Shown: in pieces, positions 50,197 through 57,800 of the stretch
Numbering within the stretch: position 1 is the first letter of the stretch
How the letters are laid out: every line of letters begins with the position of its first letter
Source of the DNA: a virus
Lineage: Duplodnaviria; Caudoviricetes
Virus record (IMG/VR): IMGVR_UViG_3300027741_000069
Coordinates: 1-59,784 of that record
Strand: one strand, 5' to 3'
DNA length: 59,784 nt
The notes under the pieces: generated by a model
The model's input: the letters and a program-made list of their open reading frames with translations, nothing else
Told to the model about the DNA's origin: nothing
Database searches by the model: none
Program-made: the position numbers and the translations under genes

Positions 50197-50829
50197 ATGG
50201 CTTATTTAAAAGAACATCTTACTTTTAACCATGCACGTATGGAAGTCCTTACAGAGGATTCCAACGATGGTAAAAGTAAGAATCTTTATATGAAGGGTAT
50301 TTTCATTGAAGGTGGTGTCAAGAACGCCAATCAAAGGATTTACCCAGTTAGTGAAATTGAACGTGCTGTAGCTGCAATTAATACTCAACTCAAAGACGGC
50401 AGCGTCTTAGGTGAATTAGATCATCCTGATGATTTAAAAATTAATTTAGACCGTGTAAGTCACATGATCACAGACATGTGGATGGATGGTCCTGCTGGTC
50501 ATGGCAAGTTGAAAGTTTTACCAACACCCATGGGGCAATTGGTTACGACCATGTTGCAAAGTGGAGTAAAATTGGGTGTGTCCAGTCGTGGAAGTGGCAA
50601 TGTCAACGATATGAATGGACACGTCAGTGATTTTGAAATAGTCACTGTTGATGTTGTGGCCCAACCCAGTGCTCCACATGCATATCCCACAGCAATCTAT
50701 GAAGGTTTGTTGAATATGCAAGGTGGACATAGGATTCTAGAAATGGCACAGGATGCCAGCACAAATCAAAAAATACAAAAGTATCTTAAAGATCAGGTTA
50801 CTCGCTTGATCAAAGAACTAAAACTATAG
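50197..50829 (+). CDS. gp21: Prohead protease, T4 gp21-like
   Basis: GIF....KNAN.RIYP, LGELDHP, INLDRVSH, TPMG, LGVSSRG.G, DVVA.PSAP.A. Confidence 0.95.
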   Translation: MAYLKEHLTFNHARMEVLTEDSNDGKSKNLYMKGIFIEGGVKNANQRIYPVSEIERAVAAINTQLKDGSVLGELDHPDDLKINLDRVSHMITDMWMDGPAGHGKLKVLPTPMGQLVTTMLQSGVKLGVSSRGSGNVNDMNGHVSDFEIVTVDVVAQPSAPHAYPTAIYEGLLNMQGGHRILEMAQDASTNQKIQKYLKDQVTRLIKELKL

Positions 50830-50841
50830 GAGATAACCAGA

Positions 50842-51942
50842 ATGTTTAATACAGCTATCAAACCGTTATTAGACAGCGGGATCATTAACGAGGAAACTCG
50901 TGCAGCTATCAACGAAGCTTGGGAAGTTAAGTTAGTTGAAGCTCGTGAACAAATTCGCGCTGAATTGCGTGAAGAAATGGCTACCCGCTATGAGCATGAT
51001 AAAAAAGTAATGGTTGAAGCATTAGACAAAATGGTAACTGAAAGCCTCACATCAGAAATTGAAGAATTTGCTGGTGAGAAAAGAGCTATGTTTGAAGATC
51101 GTGTGAAATTCAAAAACCACATGATGGAAAGTGCAGGTCGTTTCAACGAATTCTTAGTTAAGAAATTAGCTGAGGAAATGCAAGACCTACGCAATGATCG
51201 CCGCATCCAAAGTGAAAACTTTGAACGTTTAGAGCGTTTTATTGTTAAAGCACTGGCTGAAGAAATCAAAGAATTTGCTCACGACAAACAACAAGTTGTT
51301 GAAACTAAGGTTCGCCTGGTAGCAACAGCTAAGGAAAAATTGAGCGAACTAAAAACTCGCTTTATTGCCCGTAGTACTGAGCTTGTCAAAGAAACAGTTG
51401 CCAAGAATCTAAATGCAGAACTTACCCAGTTAAAAGAAGATATCCAAATTGCTCGCGAGAACATGTTTGGACGTCGCTTATTCGAAGCATTTGCTAGCGA
51501 ATTTAGCATTACACACCTCAACGAAAATGCTGAAATTCGTAAATTGCATGAAACTATCGAAAATCAAAAACGTGAAATTGACTCTGCAACTACTGCCGTT
51601 GAAGAAAAACAACGTGTGGTTGAGTCGAAAGAACGTGAAATCAAAATTATCAAAGAATCAGCAGAGCGCCGTAACACTATGGCAAATCTACTGAAACCCT
51701 TGAATCGAGAAAAAGCAGTTGTAATGACAGAACTACTCGAGAATGTGCAGACAGCTAAATTGGCCGAAGCATTTGATAAGTATCTTCCCGCGGTACTCAA
51801 TAACTCAACAAGTAAGAAGACTGAAAAGACTACACTTGTTGAAACAAAAGTTGAAGTCACAGGAGATAAAACCGCCATCGCACAGGACCAAAACAATGTC
51901 GCTAATGTCATTGAATTGAAGCGTTTGGCAGGGTTAAAATAA
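50842..51942 (+). CDS. gp22: Prohead scaffold protein, T4 gp22-like
   Basis: Glu/Lys-rich coiled coil between protease and capsid genes; AGGAG SD. Confidence 0.8.
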   Translation: MFNTAIKPLLDSGIINEETRAAINEAWEVKLVEAREQIRAELREEMATRYEHDKKVMVEALDKMVTESLTSEIEEFAGEKRAMFEDRVKFKNHMMESAGRFNEFLVKKLAEEMQDLRNDRRIQSENFERLERFIVKALAEEIKEFAHDKQQVVETKVRLVATAKEKLSELKTRFIARSTELVKETVAKNLNAELTQLKEDIQIARENMFGRRLFEAFASEFSITHLNENAEIRKLHETIENQKREIDSATTAVEEKQRVVESKEREIKIIKESAERRNTMANLLKPLNREKAVVMTELLENVQTAKLAEAFDKYLPAVLNNSTSKKTEKTTLVETKVEVTGDKTAIAQDQNNVANVIELKRLAGLK

Positions 51943-51975
51943 AAATATATAGTTACACCTTAAAGGAAAATAAAA

Positions 51976-53154
51976 ATGACTAAAGAACTATTAGAAAGCC
52001 GTTGGGGCGAAACTAAAGACGCCCTGCTAGAAGGATTGCAAGGCTCACGCCGCACATCCATGAGCGTTGTATTGGAAAATACACGTAAATACTTGCAAGA
52101 AAGCGCCACAGCTGGTGCAACACAGGCTAGTAACGTAGCTACACTTAACCGTGTTATCCTACCCGTTATCCGTCGTGTTATGCCTACAGTTATCGCTAAC
52201 GAAATCATTGGCGTTCAACCAATGACTGGCCCTGTTGCCCAAATCCATACACTACGTGTCCGCTATGCTGAAAGCATGACTGACAACAGTGGCTATGCAA
52301 CTAGCACTACTGCTGGTGACGAAGCACTAAGCCCATTTAAAATCGCCGTTGCTTACTCTGGTGACACTTCTACTGGCCGCGCTGCTGGTACTAGCGCATT
52401 AGAAGGCGTTCCTGGTCGTAAAATTAACGTCCAGATCATGAAGCAGGTTGTTGAAGCTAAGACACGCAAAATGTCCGCACGTTGGACTTTTGAAGCTGCC
52501 CAAGACGCACAGGCTATGCACGGCTTGGACGTTGAAGCAGAAATTATGGCTGCTTTGGCACAGGAAATTACTGTTGAAATCGACCAAGAAATCCTAGGCT
52601 CTTTACGTGCTTTGGCTGCTCAAGAATTCACTTACAACCAGGCTGCTGTATCTGGTACAGCTACTTTCGTTGGTGACGAGCACGCTGCTCTTGCTGTTTT
52701 GATTAACCGTAGTGCTAACTTGATTGCACAACGTACACGTCGTGGCGCTGGTAACTGGGCTATCGTTAGTCCAGCTGCATTGACAGTCCTACAAAGTGCT
52801 ACTACTAGTGCTTTTGCTCGTACTACAGAAGGCACTTTCGAAGCTCCTACAAATACAAAATTCGTTGGTACTTTGAACGGCGCTATGCGTGTTTATGTTG
52901 ATAGCTATGCTAACGATACAACACCAGTATTGGTTGGATACAAAGGTACTAGCGAAGCTGATGCCGCTGCATTCTACTGCCCATACATTCCATTGATGAG
53001 CAGTGGCGTTGTATTAGATCCTAATACATTCGAACCAGTAGTTGGCTTTATGACCCGTTACGGATACATAGAATTGACGAATACGGCAAGTTCGCTTGGA
53101 AATGCCGGCGATTACGTTTCTGAGATCGCAATCCAAAACTTATCATTCCAATAA
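51976..53154 (+). CDS. gp23: Major capsid protein, T4 gp23-like
   Basis: IRRVMP..IA.EI.GVQPMTGP..QI..LR..Y, VEAKTRK..A.WT.E.AQD..A.HGLD.EAE, TRRGAGN, FYCPYIPL, F.P..GF.TRYG. Confidence 0.97.
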   Translation: MTKELLESRWGETKDALLEGLQGSRRTSMSVVLENTRKYLQESATAGATQASNVATLNRVILPVIRRVMPTVIANEIIGVQPMTGPVAQIHTLRVRYAESMTDNSGYATSTTAGDEALSPFKIAVAYSGDTSTGRAAGTSALEGVPGRKINVQIMKQVVEAKTRKMSARWTFEAAQDAQAMHGLDVEAEIMAALAQEITVEIDQEILGSLRALAAQEFTYNQAAVSGTATFVGDEHAALAVLINRSANLIAQRTRRGAGNWAIVSPAALTVLQSATTSAFARTTEGTFEAPTNTKFVGTLNGAMRVYVDSYANDTTPVLVGYKGTSEADAAAFYCPYIPLMSSGVVLDPNTFEPVVGFMTRYGYIELTNTASSLGNAGDYVSEIAIQNLSFQ

Positions 53155-53177
53155 TTTTAAAATTATTGTTAGGATAT

Positions 53178-53204
53178 CAAAAAACCCACTTCGGTGGGTT
53201 TTTT
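53178..53204 (+). terminator. Intrinsic terminator after the capsid gene
   Basis: AAAAAACCCAC-TTCG-GTGGGTTTTTT, with a cUUCGg tetraloop. Confidence 0.92.
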
Positions 53205-53205
53205 G

Positions 53206-53256
53206 TTGACTTTTGTTTAAGCATAGCTATAATGAATTTATTAATATAATTAAATA
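53206..53256 (+). promoter_or_regulatory. Tandem sigma70-type and late promoters for the HNH gene
   Basis: TTGACT-N16-TATAAT (53206-53233) and TAAATA (53251-53256), the latter 5 nt before the ATG. Confidence 0.55.
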
Positions 53257-53261
53257 CTAGT

Positions 53262-54026
53262 ATGATCAAATATGAAAAGTGGTATGCATCCATTACACAA
53301 AATGCTAAAAATCGAATTTTAGATTCTAATATCTATACCGAAACACATCACGTTATTCCACGTAGTTTGGGTGGTGCTGATAATGCTAACAATTTAGTAA
53401 AGCTAACTGCACGTGAGCACTTTATTTGTCATTGGTTGTTAACTAAGTTTACGACAGGTGAGGATAGGCATAAAATGCTAAATGCATTACGTATGATGCG
53501 GGCTGAGAAACATGGTCAGGAACGATATACAACAAAAATAACTGCTCGAGTATATGAATCTATCAAAGAAGAGTATTCAAAATTACAAAGTATCAAGTTA
53601 AAAGGCAAAGGTAATGGCTTTTATGGTAAAAAACACACCGATGACGCCAAGGAAAGAATACGTCAGAAAAATTTAGGAAGTACTCTAACTCAAGAACAAC
53701 GTGAAAAAATATCAAAAAAACAAACAGGTAAAAAACGAGCACCATTTAGTAAAGAGTGGAAGGATAAGATGTCACAGGCAAGCAAGGGTGAAAATAATTC
53801 TCGTTATGGGGCAGTGGTTACGGATGAGACTCGTAAAAAAATAGGAGATAAAATTCGTGGACGTAAGCAAACAGACGAAGAGAAAAAGCGCCGAGGAGAT
53901 GCTATACGTGGATCTGTCAGAGATAAAAAACAGTGTCCTCATTGTAATCAAGAAGTGGCAGTAAACGGTTATGCAAGGTGGCACGGGGACAAGTGTAAGC
54001 AGAATCCTATCAAAATGGATAAATAA
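53262..54026 (+). CDS. Free-standing HNH homing endonuclease with NUMOD3 repeats (Mob-like)
   Basis: ETHHVIPRSLGG.D..NNLV.LTAREHFICH.LL, NUMOD3 GKKHTDDAKERI / TQEQREKIS / TDETRKKIG, and C-terminal CPHC...RWH..KC. Confidence 0.9.
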   Translation: MIKYEKWYASITQNAKNRILDSNIYTETHHVIPRSLGGADNANNLVKLTAREHFICHWLLTKFTTGEDRHKMLNALRMMRAEKHGQERYTTKITARVYESIKEEYSKLQSIKLKGKGNGFYGKKHTDDAKERIRQKNLGSTLTQEQREKISKKQTGKKRAPFSKEWKDKMSQASKGENNSRYGAVVTDETRKKIGDKIRGRKQTDEEKKRRGDAIRGSVRDKKQCPHCNQEVAVNGYARWHGDKCKQNPIKMDK

Positions 54027-54065
54027 TTATACTAACCATTCGGGATGGGAAGTAGACTACGGGGA

Positions 54066-54116
54066 AGGGCAGTATCAAGTTTTAATAGATTTGATATTGC
54101 TCTTTTTTGTTTTTTT
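54066..54116 (+). terminator. Intrinsic terminator
   Basis: AGGGCAGTATCAAG / TTTGATATTGCTCT stem followed by T-tracts. Confidence 0.75.
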
Positions 54117-54118
54117 GG

Positions 54119-54231
54119 TATAAATAAATTTGTTCACGCTTTTGTAGGATAATTAATTATATTACTATGGAAGTTTATGCAGTACCCCACTGCGTAGAGC
54201 ATAGAACGCTTAACACATAAGGAGCAAACAA
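54119..54231 (+). promoter_or_regulatory. Late promoter TATAAATA plus a structured ~100-nt 5' leader
   Basis: TATAAATA at 54119-54126, hairpin TATGCAGT-ACCCC-ACTGCGTA at 54176-54196, SD TAAGGAG at 54218-54224. Confidence 0.6.
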
Positions 54232-54564
54232 ATGGGACGTCCAATTAACAAACGTATTCTATCAGACGTAGTCGCTGATATCTTAGTAGGTACTACACCA
54301 ACTACAGCAAAAATTACCAAACAAGTTGGTAGCAAAAGATTTCAATTAGCTGGTCAAGGAACTGCAATTTTCACATTAGTATCCAAGGATGTTGCGAGTT
54401 TAGCCGCTGGTGAGATGAGTATTCGTGCAGTTGCAGCTGACGCATCAGTATTACAAGTTGCCAAAATCACACAACGCAAGTTAACTGCCGGTGATGGTAC
54501 AGTTCATGCTTGGAGTTTTGCTGCACCAGTTGGTACAGTAGTTCAAGTCAATACCACACTGTAA
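54232..54564 (+). CDS. Small, probably abundant virion protein (possible head decoration)
   Basis: Strong SD, consensus late promoter, capsid-like codon usage, and first structural-looking gene after the capsid gene. Confidence 0.6.
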   Translation: MGRPINKRILSDVVADILVGTTPTTAKITKQVGSKRFQLAGQGTAIFTLVSKDVASLAAGEMSIRAVAADASVLQVAKITQRKLTAGDGTVHAWSFAAPVGTVVQVNTTL

Positions 54565-54715
54565 TTTTAATTAGCATCCCAAATGGTTTTGATCTTAAAT
54601 CAATTTAAGGTCAATGCTGCATTTAGCTAGTAAAAACTACTAGTAAAAGGTATTTGGGATTCTGTATAAATTAGCGTATTTTCTAAATAAATAATATAAC
54701 GATCAAGGTGCAGAG

Positions 54716-55075
54716 ATGGCTTCCCCAAATTTAGTAAATGTTAGTTCCAAATATGGTAAGACTCTAGTAGAAACTATTGGGTCTTCCAATAAAGTAATTG
54801 CCGCAAATCCAGCAATCAGTGGAAAGTTAGTCAGGGTATTTTCTTTATATCTCGCCAATTCCAATGAAACTGAAAATGGTTATATTACCGTTTATCTATA
54901 TAGAGCCAATGCTAGTATCAAATTAGCAAATAAGTTACACGTATCTCCCAGGGACACGGTGGTTTTTATTACAGAAACTGCTCCACTTTATCTTGAAGAG
55001 GGTGATAGTTTAGTTTGTCAATCAACTCAAACAGTGGTCTTCAATGCTATTTGTAGTTATGAAATAATTGGGTAA
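54716..55075 (+). CDS. Small beta-rich virion protein (119 aa)
   Basis: PNLVNV...GKT...SGK...AN...YLEEGDSL pattern; TAAATA at 54684. Confidence 0.6.
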   Translation: MASPNLVNVSSKYGKTLVETIGSSNKVIAANPAISGKLVRVFSLYLANSNETENGYITVYLYRANASIKLANKLHVSPRDTVVFITETAPLYLEEGDSLVCQSTQTVVFNAICSYEIIG

Positions 55076-55089
55076 TAGAGCAGCAACAT

Positions 55090-57339
55090 ATGGCACTAAG
55101 ATACTTAACTGATAATGGTAGAACCACACAAGCCGCAGTTGACGATGGGACGCCAAAGTCAACTTCAAGCAGCCTAACAATCACAAACAGTTCTCCTAGT
55201 TATGACACAGTCACTGGTGCATTAGTTGTTGCTGGTGGTGTTGGTATTGGGGGCAGTTTAAATACAAAATCAGCTAACGTTACTGGTATCATTTCAGCAA
55301 GTTCGGCATTTGTCGCCAATAAGTTAACAGCCGGGACAATTTCTACTAGAGATGTTGATGTTGATAATGTAGTTACTACCCTTGTGGCTAACATTGGCCA
55401 ATTGTTTTCTAATTCGATTAATGTTGGGCAAGCAAATTTTTCCAATGTATCTGTTGCTAAAACTGCTATTTTAAATCAAGCATGGATTGTTCAAGCCAAT
55501 ATTGAAACAATTGGTGCTAATATAGCCGATTTAACTGATGTAGATGCAGTAGTTGTCAAAAGTGATTTTGTTAAAGTAGATCATATTGTTCCTAGAACTA
55601 ACCAAAAAGTATCTTTAGGCAATGTCAATAAAGTTTCTATTTTTGGTGGTGAGAATCGTCAGATTTTAACCACAGATGGGTCTGGAAATTTAAGGTGGGA
55701 TTGGGCATTAGATCAAATTCAAGTTGGTGGTGGGTTAGAAAAAATAAATGGTCAACTTAGATTAACATCGACTGGTATTAATCCAGGTAGTTATGGTGTT
55801 GTAACTGTTGATGCATATGGTAGGGTAGTTGCTGGTAATAATGATCTAACAGTAAGCAATTTATTAGCAGTTACTCAACGCGGATCAACCACTGATCAAT
55901 CTATTGTAATCAATAATACCACTGAAAGCAACGATGTCAATCAAGGTGCATTGGTAGTTAGTGGTGGTGTTGGTGTTGGTCAACAGTTAACAGCCAATAC
56001 CATAGTGACCATTGATTCAGCGATAATTGGTGGCGATTTAACTGTTGCTGGATCAACAAAATTTAATAAACCAGTAGTATTATCATCTGCAGAAATTGGA
56101 TTACCCCCGTTAGTGCTAAAGCCGGGCAGATTAGTAGATAATCCAGCTGCTGGTAGTTTGGAATTTGATGGTGCTGGGTTATATATTTCCACAGATCTTG
56201 GAAGAAAACAATTACAAATAGCACCAGAGGCTGATACCACATCTACAGTATTTGCTGTTAGGGTAGTAGCTAGAACCAATATCAACTTATCAAATCCACA
56301 ACAAAATCAAGTCGTCAATGACATTTATTATGACTATTGGGATAGTACAAGTCTTGTGTCCGGTGACAGGGTATTATTAGTAAATCAAACCAATCCTGTT
56401 GAAAACGGAATTTATGTTTGGCGCGGTGTCGGGGTCGCGTTAGTTAGAAGTCAAGATTTTAATGCTGTAAGTAGAATACGTTCCGGCAGCATGGTCAAAG
56501 TTGTTGAGGGCTTACGAAATGTAGGATGTGTTTGGTCAGTAACCACCATTGGTTATATTTTTGCTGACGTGACTCCTATAACCTTTACTGAGGTTATTAG
56601 TAAAGATGTTATGGCATTGGCCAGTTTAGTTGATGATAATGCGGGTATTGTAACTAGAACTGGTCGTGGTGCAATAGAATTAAGAACCATTAGTTCAGAT
56701 TCAAATTTTGTACAAGTAGTCAATGACAATGGTGTGGACGGTAATATTGTTATCAAAACTGGGATTGTTCCAGTAAGTAGTGGTGGTACTGGAAGAAGCA
56801 AGTTTTTTGGTTATTTGCGTGGTGTTGGTAATGCTATTACCAGTGGAAACACTATTCCATCAACCAGTATTACTGGTTTAGGTACATTAGCCAAGCAAAA
56901 TGCCAATGCAGTTGTAATTACTGGTGGAGTAATTGCTGTTGAAGATTCGGCAGTCACTGGTAGATTATATGCCAATAAATTTATTGGTGGTAATGCCAAT
57001 ATAACCAATGCCACAATCACCAACTTAACTCTAATCAATAAGCCTTATCAAGTTTTTGGTTTTGATGCCAGTCTTGAGTGGACAATTAGACATAATAGGG
57101 GCACACATAGGATGCAAGTGTCTTTATATAATTCATCAGGTGAGCAATTTTATGCAAAAGTAAAAATAATAGATGATAACACAGTTAAAATTAGTTTAAC
57201 TGAGGCCAATTCTGGGGCTGCTGTGATCTATTTTATGGATGAAATAATTCAAAATATTGTTCCAGTTATCACACCATTTATTACGGAAGACGGGCATCCA
57301 ATCATAACAGAAACTGGTGCAAATATTGTTGTTGGTTAA
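55090..57339 (+). CDS. Fibre-like virion protein (749 aa)
   Basis: TGALVVAGGVGI repeats shared with the giant fibre, VTVDAYGRV, a GDRVLLVNQT..ENGIYV domain, V.SGGTG, and a W.IRHN.G C-terminal module. Confidence 0.7.
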   Translation: MALRYLTDNGRTTQAAVDDGTPKSTSSSLTITNSSPSYDTVTGALVVAGGVGIGGSLNTKSANVTGIISASSAFVANKLTAGTISTRDVDVDNVVTTLVANIGQLFSNSINVGQANFSNVSVAKTAILNQAWIVQANIETIGANIADLTDVDAVVVKSDFVKVDHIVPRTNQKVSLGNVNKVSIFGGENRQILTTDGSGNLRWDWALDQIQVGGGLEKINGQLRLTSTGINPGSYGVVTVDAYGRVVAGNNDLTVSNLLAVTQRGSTTDQSIVINNTTESNDVNQGALVVSGGVGVGQQLTANTIVTIDSAIIGGDLTVAGSTKFNKPVVLSSAEIGLPPLVLKPGRLVDNPAAGSLEFDGAGLYISTDLGRKQLQIAPEADTTSTVFAVRVVARTNINLSNPQQNQVVNDIYYDYWDSTSLVSGDRVLLVNQTNPVENGIYVWRGVGVALVRSQDFNAVSRIRSGSMVKVVEGLRNVGCVWSVTTIGYIFADVTPITFTEVISKDVMALASLVDDNAGIVTRTGRGAIELRTISSDSNFVQVVNDNGVDGNIVIKTGIVPVSSGGTGRSKFFGYLRGVGNAITSGNTIPSTSITGLGTLAKQNANAVVITGGVIAVEDSAVTGRLYANKFIGGNANITNATITNLTLINKPYQVFGFDASLEWTIRHNRGTHRMQVSLYNSSGEQFYAKVKIIDDNTVKISLTEANSGAAVIYFMDEIIQNIVPVITPFITEDGHPIITETGANIVVG

Positions 57340-57342
57340 TAC

Positions 57343-57549
57343 ATGATACATTCAATTGAAATATCAAAATCAGAATTGCATCTTGCTGCTTATATCAAAG
57401 CTGGCGGTGCTGAATTTTTGGATTTTCGTGATGGATTTTTTATATTTTCCAGCAACAAATCTGAGATAGAATGGCGTGTGTTACACAGTAATTCTGAGTC
57501 TTTAAAAGTGGATCGTGAATTGTTTACTTTGAAAAAATTTTTCAAATAA
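57343..57549 (+). CDS. Hypothetical protein (68 aa)
   Basis: Starts 4 nt after the fibre stop. LHLAAYIKA.G loosely recalls small phage DUF5659-like proteins. Confidence 0.55.
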   Translation: MIHSIEISKSELHLAAYIKAGGAEFLDFRDGFFIFSSNKSEIEWRVLHSNSESLKVDRELFTLKKFFK

Positions 57550-57800
57550 ATAAAACTAAAGTATTACAATAATATATTATATGCGTGTATTATGCACCAT
57601 ATAACAAGTTGTAAATAGTTAGAACGAGTTTCATTGAGAAAAATCGTGTTGAGGATAAGTGAAATTAAGAGAGATAAACAGAGAAGAGAAAAATCGAGAA
57701 ATATAAATTTAAAATTTATAGTGTGATCAAAATTTATGCATATTGTTAGGTTACAATATGCAATACAAAAAAATATTAATATTAATAAAAAGGAATTTAA

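Noticed and set aside
49440-52835. Long antisense ORFs over the head genes (e.g. 49440-50105, 51564-51911)
   Set aside because: Expected by-product of strong codon bias on the sense strand.
45488-54026. Homing endonucleases as intron- or intein-encoded
   Set aside because: The flanking tape-measure, portal and capsid genes are intact; both nucleases are intergenic with their own promoter motifs.
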